NCBI GenBank assembly: GCA_000388065.2
Contig: KB932207.1
Source of the DNA: Fonticula alba ATCC 38817
Taxonomy: Eukaryota; Protista; Nucleariida
Direction: 5' to 3' (one strand)
Length of the DNA: 64,000 bases
This document shows, one piece after another, positions 48,101 through 59,073 of the stretch; positions within the stretch are counted from its first letter, which is position 1; every line of letters begins with the position of its first letter. Made by a program: the position numbers and the translations under genes. Under the pieces are notes generated by a model. The model saw nothing but the letters and a program-made list of their open reading frames with translations. It did no database searches and was not told where the DNA came from.

Positions 48101-50827
48101 GAAACCGGCGTGCCGAACATTCGCTCCATCTGACGGGGACGGCCGGACGAGCGAAGTGCTCCGTCGCGCCCTCTTCGCACGGGCGCCGGGCCGGGAGCCG
48201 GCAACAAGGCCGGTTTTTGTCCAGGCTTCGGCCTCCCTCGGACCTGGAGCCCCCCCTCCCCCCGCGCGCGCACGCACGCGTGCGGGAAGCATGGCCGCCG
48301 GACGTAACCCCACGAAGGCAACCCCCGCCACATCCGCATCAAATCCAAGCCGATGCCCAAATGAGAGTCCATTTAACAGCCATTATTTATATGCCGAATA
48401 GCGGGGCGGGACGCGCCGATTGCCAGACGTGGGTGACACACGGGCTGCAAGCTGTGCCACATGTGTGAATATATCCCTGATGCGCACCGCCACCACAGAC
48501 AGACAAACACGCACGCACGGACGCACGCACAAGGTTCTGACCGCGGCCCGCGCCCCGGGGGGGGGAGGGGGGAGGCGCGGAACAGTGGCAGGGGAAGGTC
48601 CCCCGAAGGTGGCCGCGTTCTCCGCAGAGCCCGCGCACCGCTGGCTCCGCCGGCCATGTGTGCCGCTGCGCGCACGCGTGTAAGCTGCTGCTGCCTCCTC
48701 TTGGCGCGACAACGGTGCGTGCAGACCATTACTTTGCGCCCGTTCCCCGACGCCATCTCCCTCGCTGGTGCGAGGACGCGGGAGAAAGCGCGGCGCCCTC
48801 CCGGACCGCGTCCCTCTCGCTCTTAGCCTGGGCCGGGGCGGGCACTCGCGCATGGGAAGGGGCCGTCCATCACAGCAACCCAAGCGCATTGGTGCCTCAT
48901 TCGTTGGCATCCAGGTCGCCTTTTGGCGAGAGTCAGGCTTGAACTGGCAGGTGCACTTTTTATTCGACGCCGGGGCAGTCTTCGTCCCGGATTTGGAGGG
49001 GAGACCATGTGACCCAGGGACACGCGGCGCTCCTCCTCTTCCAGTGCTGGAAAATATCCCCACACGCGCTATCTGCGTTTGCCCGGCCGATGTGTGGGAT
49101 TCGTTGGGAGACCGTAACGTGGGCACCATTTTGGGAGTCCCCCGGCGCGGGCCCGCGTCAGGATGCACTTTCGCTGGCCCCCGGGGGTGCCCAGCCCCGA
49201 GTGAGGTGGAGCGTGCAGGCGGTGCCTTGGGCGGCCGCTGTGTCTTTGCACGGTGCGCGCGGAGCGGCGACACACGAGGGCGACGTCTGAGAGGGACTGC
49301 GCGCCATCCGGTCTCCCGAGAGATGGGCCCGGGGGAGCGGGGGAACACACCTGAAGTTCTGTATATTCTCCTTTTTTTATTCCCTGCTTTGGAGGTCGGG
49401 TGCGAGGCCGAGAGAGAACCGCCTCCGAGGCGGGACGGGGCGGGAGGTGGCCCCAGCGGACAGCTTCTGCTGGAGCAGCCCCAGAGCCTGTGCGCCGTGG
49501 TAGAGGCAGGCGACCTGGGGATAGGCCGGCACCAGCACCCGGGTCCGGTCCCGGCTCCCCAGGACGGGACTTGCCGGCGCTTGGCGGGGCCAAGTCCGCC
49601 TGTTGTGCCCATCCGGAGGGCCGCCGCTGGATTGGTTCGTCCTCGGCCGGAGGGGCCCCCCCCCCGCCAGGCCCGTTGCGCCGGGGAGAGTGTGCAAGGC
49701 CCGGCGAGAGAGCGGCCAGGGCCGGGGGGGAGAGTGGGGCAACGGGGGCGGTGAGGGGGCTCGTGGGCGCGGCCAGGCCTCCTGGCGGGGGCGGGCCGGG
49801 ACCCCCAGGGGGGGGGGGGATAGGCCTCGTCCCGGGGTCGGCCGGGTGCGGCTCGGGGGGCGAGGCGAGAGGAAGGCCTCGCCGGCGCGGCCCCCCCTCC
49901 CCCCTCCCCGGGAATGAGGGATTTTTTAGCTGACCATGGCACAAACTCAAGCTCCCAGAGCTGGGGCCTCTAACTTTGCCTTTTCAAGTGATTTCTATCT
50001 CCTTTGATAAGTGCAGAATTGAAGTACGCTTTCCCTTCTGCCGCCCTCTCCTCTCCCCCCCCTTCCTCGCCTTTTTCCCATTCGTCCGCGCACGCACATG
50101 CACGCACACACACACACACACACGCGCAGGACGCACTCTCGGCCGGCACCTCCGCGTGCACTCTCCCCCTCCCCCTCTCGTTCGTGTGTCACCGCCTGGG
50201 GGGCGGGGACTGTCGATGGTTGTCCCGGCGCCTCCCTCCCCCCTTCCTTCTGCCATCCCTACAGACCGTCCCAGGCTCCGCCGCCAGAGGGCGCGCGTTG
50301 GGACCGCGCGAGAGGGGGACGTGGGGGACCACCCGCGGCCGTCCCCACCCGTGTCCGCCCTCGGCCCCCGACATTCCGCTCGCGCTGGGATGAGTATGCC
50401 CTCCCGGGCGGGCGGGGGGCGGGGGGTGGACCAAGCGCGCGCGCCGGAACGCCCACGCACCCATACGTTTGTGTGTGCCCCTCTGCCGGCCCCTGCGTCC
50501 TTCCTCCTGGTGAGGAGGAGAGTTCGTAGTGTGTGTGTGTGTGCGCACCGGCGCTCCGTCGTGTCGGATGCATGTTCCCGAATATGCATCCGTCTGCGGG
50601 GACGCTCCAGGGGCAGCGCAAGTGTGCATGCGCGCGTGTGCACCCGTGTGTGTGTGTGTGTGCACCTGTGTGTATGCCCGGGACGAGGGAGCTAACCTGG
50701 CTGCGGCCTCTGCGTCTGGGAACCTCCCTTTTGAGGGCGCCTGCTGACTGACCCTTTCCCTTGCTTTCTCTCCCCGCCTTCTCCCTCTCCCTCTCTCTCT
50801 CTTTCCCGTCCCCGCGCTCTTCACAGA

Positions 50828-51745
50828 ATGGTCCGCTACGCTGTCCAGACCGACAACGCCACCACCGCCAAGTCTCGCGGCGCCTACCTGCGTGTTCACT
50901 TCAAGAACACCTCGGAGACCGCCAATGCCATCAAGGGCATGTCCCTCCAGAAGGCTCTGAACTACTACGCCGACGTTAAGGCCAAGAAGCGCTGCATTCC
51001 CTTCCGCCGCTTCGATGGCAGCACTGGTCGCACTGGTCAGGCTCTCGAGTTCGGCGTCACCCACGGTCGCTGGCCCGTCAAGTCTGTCGAGTTCGTCACC
51101 ACCCTCCTGAAGAACGCCGAGGCCAACGCCGTCGTACGTCTCCTGGCCCTCTCTCTCTCTCTTCCCTTCGCGCACCCGGTTTGAGAGCCGTCTTGCTCGC
51201 TCGCCCGATTACTTACTGACACGTGTCCCCTCCCGTCTCTCTTCCCCCGCCTCCCTCGCCCGCCCTCGCAGGCCAAGGGTCTCGAGGCTGACAAGCTCTT
51301 CGTCAAGCACATCCAGGTCAACCAGGCCCCCAAGACCAGCCGCCGCTCTTTCCGCGCCCACGGTCGCATTGCCCGTGCGTCCTTCTCCCTATATGCCAGC
51401 TGTTGTCATTTATCCCCTTTTTCCGCGCGCGCGCCGCCCTCGCGCACTGCTGTTGCCCCCCTTCCACGCTCGGCTTCCTTCTCCCGGACCTGACCGACCC
51501 ACCCTCCCCCCTCGCTTTTCCCGCACACACCTCCCCCTCTGTCACTGCCGCCGCCGCCACCGTGCACCACACCACCCACAGCCTTCAAGTGCTCTCCCTC
51601 TCACGTTGAGGTCGTCCTTGGCGTCAACACCGAGGCCGTCCCCAAGGGTGTCGAGACCGAGGATGCCCCCGTCGAGCGCGCCACCACCGCCACCGCCATG
51701 ACCCTCTCTCGCCGCAAGGCCGCCAAGCTCCGCACTGCTCACTAA
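50828..51745 (+). CDS. RPL17: 60S ribosomal protein L17 (uL22), 3 coding exons: 50828-51133, 51272-51374, 51582-51745
   Basis: MVRYA...[25 protein letters not shown]...CIPFRRF...GRWPVKS...LLKNAEANA|AKGL...HIQVNQAPK...RAHGRIAP|[16 protein letters not shown] acceptor just before the ATG implies a 5'-UTR intron. Confidence 0.98.
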
Positions 51746-52958
51746 ATGACGCGTGTGTGCGTGTGTGGCCGCTGCTGAGACTCGTAGGGCTGGGGGGGTC
51801 CCCCCGGGGGCGGCTCCTCTCGCGTGTGCCTGTTCTCGCGATGATGGTGCCTGCCCCTCTCTCTAGCTTGTCGAGTCCGGTTTGGATCTCATACTTCTGT
51901 AAATGCATTGTTACACATGTTTGCCGTCCGCACACCCTTTTCCCCTCCTTTGCGCCCTTTCTTTTTTCCGCCCTTGTCATGCTCTCTAGGGTGTGTCTCC
52001 TCTTTTTTCGGGCCTTTGGCGCGCGGGGGGGGCCACCATGAGCATTTTTTTGTCCGCGCGCGCGAGACGAGGGGGGGGGGGGGGACGCGCAGAGGCCGGA
52101 GACCACCAGCGCCCCTTGCCCCGGCATTTGGCAACATCAGCCCGGCGAGAGGCGACCGCGGGGGGAGGGGGGGGGGGGGGGCGGCAGGGGCCTGAAAGGA
52201 CAGCCGCGCGTCATCGGTGCCGCCTTCTTGTCCCCAACTCCCGGGTCTTCCCCCTGCTTGCTGGTTCTTCCTGCTTTGCCGTTCCTGCCGCCGGGAGAGG
52301 TGCACCATTTCCCGGCTCCAATGCCAGGCGGGAGTCCGTGCGGCCCTCGTTGCCAGTTCTTCCGCGGCTGGACCGCAGTCCGGGGGGGCTATCAAGGTGG
52401 TGATCCACCCCGGGGGGAAAGGCTATCGCTGGGTCGTCCTTTTTTTGCCTGCGCCACGCCCGGCACCACGGTCGGCCCCCCGGCATCCGAGGATCGCAGA
52501 TCCGTCCCTGGCAGGTGCTGGACCGGCGTTTCTGCACTCCGCAATCCTCGCACGGCCGCCAGCAGCACGGTCCCTGTCCGGGGGACCAAATAAACTGGCC
52601 AGCAGCACCCAATTAACTCACCTCTCGCGGGAGGATCACGCTACACAGGCACGCGCGAAATCCCAACCGATCAAGCCGACCTGCCTTCGCCACCATGCCT
52701 GCCTTTTTTTTTTTTTTTCTGCCCGCCCCCGTTCACCCGCCCTCCAGACACAGGCGGCCAAAGACCATGGAGGGGGCAGTGTCGTTGAACACACACCACA
52801 CTCCCGCCTCCTCCTAAAGGCTAGCCATCTTGTCAGCCATCCCCCCCCCCCATTCCNNNNNNNNNNTTGCTCGCCCTCTCTTTCCTTGTCCTTGCCTCGG
52901 CTCCCCCCCCTTCGACCACGCGCCCTGTGCACCCCTTGCAGCACCTTCCCCGGCCCCC

Positions 52959-55042
52959 ATGAGTGCTGAAATCGAGACCACGGAGTGCGCCCCTACTTGA
53001 CCCTTCTCTCGGCCCGACCCCGCTTGTGCCGCTCACTCACACCATCCTGGCCCTCATGCACAGCATTGTCCGTCTGATCATCCAATTTCTCAAGGAAAAC
53101 AATCTCGGCGAGTCCGCCCGTTCGCTTGAGGTTCGCTCTTCCCACGCCGGGGCCCTTGTCCTCGTGCCTTTCGCCCTGTCACCCAGCTGACCCGCTGTCC
53201 TCGCTGTCCTCGCGGTCCCTCCTTTCTGGACATCCGCTCTCATGTATCGGCTCCGCCACAGGAGGAGGCCGATGTCCACTTGAACACCGTCGCCTCGACT
53301 GATGAGTTCGTGTCCGACGTCCTCGAGGGCCGCTGGGATGAGGTCCTGGCGGCTGTGGCTCCGCTGCGCCTGCCGCCCGCCAAGCTCATCGACTTGTATG
53401 AGCAGGTACGCCATGTGTCCTTCGTCCGCCATGACTTCGAATGATGCCCATCCCCCCCCCCCCCTCTTTCTCTTTCTCTGCCCCCGCCAAGCGCCCCGGT
53501 TCTCGCTCAGCGGTCATGGCCGCACGCATTCCTGCGCTGACTCTCCTCGGTGCTCAGATTGTCATTGAGCTGATCGAGCTCCGCGAGCTCCAGGCCGCCC
53601 GAGCCCTCCTGTCGGATAGCATCCCGCTAGCCTCCCTGCGTACGTCGGACCCCGGGCGGCACAACCGCCTGGAAACCCTCACACACCGGTCGGACTTCTC
53701 CACCGAGGAGGCATACGGTCTGGCCTCGGGGCTTGGCGTGTCTGCGCGCAAGGCCCGGCACGACCGCCGTGCGGCCATTGCCCAGGCTCTTGCTGCCGAG
53801 GTGGTTGTCGTTGCGCCTTCACGCCTGGTGACGCTCCTCGGCCAGGCGCTCAAGTGGCAAAAGTCCCAGGGTATCCTCGACGGCGGGGTCATGAGCTCGC
53901 CCCTGGCTGCCGGTGTCCCGGTTCGGCACAACATTTTCCAGGGTACCACCACCCAGGAGTCCGGCACCCCACTGGATGATGCCCCGCCCAAGCATCACCT
54001 CCGGAGCATTCGCGTGCGTGCTGTCCTTGTGCTCCTGCTTGGCAATTGGCTGTCTGTCCGCCGCCCCTGCCTCCCTCCCCCCCTCCCCCCGGGGTTATGA
54101 TTGTCTCGCCGTCGGGCCTCTCGGGCTCCTTGCTCACATGTTTACCCGTGCCCATGTCAGTTTCCGAGCTCGTCCCGATGCACGATTGCACGCTTTGCTC
54201 CAAATGGACGGCACCTGCTCACCGGTGCGTCGGACGGCCTCATCGAGGCTTGGGATTATGTCACCGGGCGCCGTGCCACGGATGTTGCCTTCCAGAGCGA
54301 GGTGCGTGCAGATATCGCCCCTCGTTGCCATCCTGCCGAAGGGCCCCCCCCTCCGACCCCCTCTCTTCCCCCCCCCCCTGCCGATGCCTCTTTCTTCCTC
54401 TCATACCCTCTCTCCCTCTCCCCCCCACCCACCCAACCCGCCCACTTTCGCTTGGGATACCTACAGGACAACATGCTCTTCATGAAGGGTGGGGCCGTAT
54501 ACGCCCTGTCCTTCAACCAGGATGGTTCACTGCTGGCAGCTGGTGACGAGTCGGGCGCCGTGCAGGTGTGGCATTTCGCCACTGGCAAGACGGCACGCCG
54601 GTTCCCCAAGGCACACACCCAAGCGGTGTCGGCCCTCGCCATGAGCCGCTGCGGGCGCTTTGTCCTGACCGGCTCGCACGACCACTCGGTCCGGCTATTT
54701 GGCATGGATTCCGGGCACCAGCTGCGTGAAATGCGCGGGCACACGGCCCCGGTGACCGATGTGGCCCATGTGTCCGATCGTGCACGGATCATCAGCAGCT
54801 CGTCCGACGGCACGGTGCGCGTTTGGAGCGTGACCACCGGCGAATCGATTGCCTCCTTCCGCCCGCGTGCCCCGAGCCCGGCCGACAGCGCGCCCGGCGC
54901 CTCCATGCTCAGGACCGAGATCGTCGCCGGCGGAGCGCCGATCTTCGCTGCGCTGCTCAGTGCCCGCGACCGTGAGCAGGTGATCGTGTGCGCCCGGTCG
55001 CCGGTTTTGTCAATCATGACGCTCAAGGGGCAGGTATGTTGA

Positions 55043-55090
<48 letters not shown>

Positions 55091-55549
55091 TTTCCCTCTT
55101 CCCCTCTTTCCCTCTTTCCCTCTTTCCCTCTTTCCCTCTTTCCCTCTTTCCCTCTTTCCCTCTTTCCCTCTTTCCCTACCTCAGATCGTCCTCCTCTGAC
55201 GATGATTGCCTCGCCCCTCGCCCCTCTCCCTCTTCAGCCTGTTGCCCAGATCGCCGCACCCACCGGCGACGATGATGGTGATACCCCAGCCGGCGGGGCT
55301 GTCGTCGATGAGAACAAGGTCTTCCTGGCGGCGGCTCTCTCATACAAATCGACCGTGGCTTTCGCCGCCACCACCGAGGGGCGCTTGTACACCCTGCGCC
55401 TGGACCAGGGTACCTGCGCCGCATCCATGGAGGTCATCGACCCGAAGCAGGTCGGCACCGATGAGGTCCTCGGCGTGGCGGCTCACCCGCACAGCAACAT
55501 CATCGCCACCTGGTCCTTGTCAGGCGGCCTTCGGGTCTGGCGCCCGTGA
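52959..55549 (+). CDS. SMU1: SMU1 spliceosomal LisH/CTLH + WD40 protein, multi-exon
   Basis: MSAEIETTD|IVRLIIQFLKENNL...LNTVAS...VSDVLEGRWDEVL...KLIDLYEQ|IVIELIELRELQAARALL...VVAPSRLVTLLGQALKWQ. WD40 repeats include LLTGASDGLIEAWDY, VLTGSHDHSVRL, EMRGH and SSSSDGTVRVW. Ends AAHPHSNIIATWS...VWRP*. Confidence 0.95.
55088..55175. repeat. Tandem 8-mer (CTCTTTCC) x11 in the last SMU1 intron
   Basis: Direct reading; one variant unit (CTCTTCCC). Confidence 0.9.
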
Positions 55550-55648
55550 GGGGCCCAAGTCCCAACGGAATAGATAGCGGGTGTTTTTTCTCCCCCCACA
55601 CCTTCCGCAAGCAATGTATTCGGGGGGGGGGGTGTCGCCGGAGTGCCA

Positions 55649-55704
<56 letters not shown>
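55649..55704 (+). repeat. 56-nt poly-G tract between SMU1 and the next gene
   Basis: Direct reading of the sequence. Confidence 0.95.
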
Positions 55705-55706
<2 letters not shown>

Positions 55707-55886
55707 ACCAGCGGCTTGGACTGCGTGTCCGACGGGGCCCTCTGGCAGATCGCTCGAGTCGCTTTGCCCTTTCCAAAAGGGCGCTGTGGGGTCCGACCGC
55801 GTGGGGGCTCTTCGTAAGCCTGACTCCTGCACATTTTCCTCTGCGACTCCTTTCCCCTCCCGCCCGCCCCCCCCCCCTTCCCCCGA

Positions 55887-58734
55887 ATGACAGCGGGCGA
55901 CCTTTCACGATTGGTTGCCGATGCCTGGCAAAGCTACTCGGACCTGCATCGACGCTTTCCGGCCGACGGACGGGCGCTGCCCCCTCCCCCGGCAGCCAGC
56001 CCCCTTGACCCGCATGCTCCTCCGGCGGGTTCTCCAGAAAAAGTCCCCGGTCGCCAGGCCTGCCTGGACGAGGTGGTATCTCGGACGTGTCTCGCTCTGG
56101 CAGCTGGCCTCGATGCGCTGGCTGCCTGGCGCGAAACCCCGGCCGGCCAATTGGCCGACACGATCGATCGCCTGGTCGACAGTCACTTCCTCATGGGGAA
56201 GCTCCTGATCGAGGAGCATGGCCGCTTTGCTCCCGGGGTGGCCCATCTCCAGCGGGCCCTGGATCTGGTGTTGGTGTTGGCTTCACAGCGGGAAACCCTC
56301 GCGGGGGAGACTCCGGTTGCCAGTGGCGATGCCTTCATCCGGGCATACCATGCCTTCATTCGGCCCATCGGCGCGGCTGCCCCGAGGCTGTCGGACTTGG
56401 CCACCCTCTACGCCACGCCGGCGTCAGCTACACAGGGAGATATGGCCCGCGCGGCGCAGCTCCGCTTCGATGTTGCCCGCGCTCGATTGCTGGTGAATGA
56501 CCCGCCAACGGCCGCGGCGCTGGCCTGGTCCGATGCTGCGGCCTTGGTCAATGATGGGGGTCTGGTGGCATGTAGCGGCCTCTATCGGCTGGCTGCGACC
56601 ATGATCTTCCAGCTGGCCTGCTTCCTCCACCCTCCGGGTGCATCGCTCTTCCTGCCGGATGACGGGTCGGAGCCGGACATGGGTGGCCCCGGTCAGGGGG
56701 TTCTGGCTGGCCTGCTTCCTGGTGATCCACTTGCCCATGGCGATTTGATCGCCCCAGTCGAGGTGACTGGCTTGCATGTTCGCCTCAGCGACTGGAGTCC
56801 CGGCAGTCGGGCGGAGTTCGATGCCTCGCCACTCCCCGACACTCCTGGAGCTTGTTCCCCGTCATGCGACCACGAGCCCGCCTTCGGGGACTCCTCATGC
56901 GGCGTCCTCTCGGCCCAGTGCCATGCTCTTGCACGATGCCTTCCCGGGCTCCTGACGCACCGATGTGCCGAGCTTCAGCCCGATCTCTGGGACGTCCTGC
57001 AGGTCCGCCTGCCGACAGTGGCTGCATTCTCCCGCACGGTGCTCGGCCTGCCGGAGTTGCCGCATTCGTTGTTCAGCCTGGCTGGGAGCCGTCCTCGGCG
57101 GCTGTGGTTCCTCGGCGACTCGCACATCCTCACCCAGGCATGGCGCATGCTGGAGCCCGGTGACGGGGCGCAATACTTGTGCATCCCCCTCCTTTGCATG
57201 GGTGCCAAGGGTGTGTGCCCTTCGGACCTTTCCTTTTCTCCCCCCCCCCTCTCTCTTCCCCTCTACATCTTGCTCTCCGCTTTTCCTCTCTGTCTGCCTT
57301 TGTATTTGTCCTGTGTCGGACTGACCTCTGTGACCGGTCCTCCTCTTCCTCCTCCACCTGCCCGCCAATCAGCTCACCACTTTGCGGGAATTGCACCCCC
57401 TGAGATTGCGGCCAGCGGCGGTCTTGGCAGCGTCACGAAGCCAGACCAAAGTCCACGCAGCATGTCTGGTGCGCGCGAGCGTGCCATCATCCAGTGGGCC
57501 GCTCGTCTTCTACCCCGCGGCTCGGTCGTGGTAGTCAGCTGTGGGGAGATTGACTGCCGCTTGGGCCAGGCAAGCGCCGGTCTTCCAGGACCCGAGGCTC
57601 GGCTATCTGGCCTGCACTCGGCCGCTGGTCGATGGCTCGCGATTCTTCGCCAGCGAGGAATCACATCGGTGGGCGAACTTGCCCCCGGTCTCGAGGACTT
57701 CCTCCCCGCTTCTTGGCAGGCCGAGCAGTATCTTCCTCTGTGCTCGGGCTGCCGCGGCCAAATCCACGACGAGCATCTGTGGCGAGTGGCCCTGGCTCTG
57801 GCATGTTTGGACACGGCACATGGCCTGGCACGGGGCCTGGCACATATCCAGGCTGGCCGGGCATACACGACGCTCTTCCGATCTGAGCATCTGTGGCGAG
57901 TGGCCCTGGCTCTGGCATGTTTGGACACGGCACATGGCCTGGCACGGGGCCTGGCACATATCCAGGCTGGCCGGGCACCAGCTCACATGGTCCTGCTTCC
58001 AGTCCGTCCGCCAGTGCGGGCGGCCTTTGCCGCGCTCTCCTTCGATGTTTGCGCCTCCGGGCTCCGAGTGGATGCCTGTCCTGGGGGCGTGTTGTCGGGC
58101 CTGGATGTGCGGGCGGACTTGCGTCTGGAGCTCTTCTGCGCTGCCACCCTCAACCGAGATCGGAAGAGCGTCGTGGGCGGCCTTTGCCGCGCTCTCCTTC
58201 GATGTTTGCGCCTCCGGGCTCCGAGTGGATGCCTGTCCTGGGGGCGTGTTGTCGGGCCTGGATGTGCGGGCGGACTTGCGTCTGGAGCTCTTCTGCGCTG
58301 CCACCCTCAACCGGTTGCTGATGGCGATACACGCACGGACGATGGCCGCCGCTGCTCCTGGTTCCCACATCCACTGGCTCACCGGGTATCTAGATGCGCT
58401 TACCGGAGCCACATTCACCGGACGGCCGAATCTCCCCGGGCGTCTGGCCGCATGTGCAGACCCCTGCCCTCCGGAGCTTATTTTGGCCCTGGCGGAGGCT
58501 GTTCACCCCCAGGGAGCCCTGACAGCGGACAGCCCCCGCCGTGTCCTGCTAGATCATTATGCCGGGCTTTTTGTCGGGGATACTGATGGCCCGGTTGCGG
58601 CCGGACTGGTTGCCAGCTACTTCCACTCGAAGTTGGATTTCATCCACCTCGGCCCGGTGGTGCTTCCTCTGTTGGGCGAGGCCCTGGCCGAGGGGGCCTG
58701 GGATGCGTTGATCGACGCCACCGTCGCCTGGTAG
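55887..58734 (+). CDS. TPR-like + SGNH/GDSL-hydrolase-like protein, 804 aa after removing one intron (57211-57372) and two adapter-linked duplications (57864-57977, 58157-58313)
   Basis: TPR-like helix DSHFLMGKLLIEEHGRFAPGVAHLQRAL; block-I-like WFLGDSH; MGAK|AHHF; block-III-like VVVSCGEIDCR; C-terminal KLDFIHL (DxxH). The retained segments (1324+491+179+421 = 2415 nt) form one uninterrupted frame to TAG at 58732-58734. Confidence 0.75.
57864..57884 (+). other. Illumina adapter fragment TACACGACGCTCTTCCGATCT between two identical 93-bp copies (57771-57863 and 57885-57977): assembly artefact
   Basis: Exact match to the 3' end of the TruSeq read-1 adapter/primer ACACTCTTTCCCTACACGACGCTCTTCCGATCT. 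It translates as the known adapter peptide YTTLFRS. Confidence 0.97.
58157..58175 (+). other. Illumina adapter read-through AGATCGGAAGAGCGTCGTG between two identical 138-bp copies (58019-58156 and 58176-58313): assembly artefact
   Basis: Reverse complement of the same adapter. It translates as DRKSVV and causes a frameshift in the host gene. Confidence 0.97.
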
Positions 58735-59073
58735 GAAGTGGCCCTCCTCTTATTTTGCTTGTCCCATGTCCTCCCTCTCCCCTCCCCCTCCTCCCTCCTC
58801 CCTCCCTCTCCCTTCTCTCTCTCTCTCTCTCTCTCTCCGTCTTCCTGCACTGGCGGCGGGCCACGGTGTGTGGGCGGCCAAAACAAGAGGGAGGGTTTTG
58901 TGTTTTATCGAGTTGGTTGATGTCAAGGCACAGGAGAGTGACGTGCGCGGCGTGCAGGAACGCGTATGGAACAGGGGGGAGCATGAGAAAAAGGCAGGGC
59001 GGCAGAAGGGGCATGCATCTTTCTCTCTGACACCCTCTCTCCGGGGGAGAGTGGCGACAAGCGTGCCATCTTC

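Noticed and set aside
55168-55179. CTCTTTCCCTAC (and CTCTTCCGAT near 1573) resembling Illumina adapter
   Set aside because: The matches are short, embedded in a native tandem repeat or pyrimidine tract, and have no flanking duplication.
57771-58313. Apparent internal domain duplication or frameshifted pseudogene
   Set aside because: Each duplication is bridged by exact Illumina adapter sequence, and removing them restores the frame.
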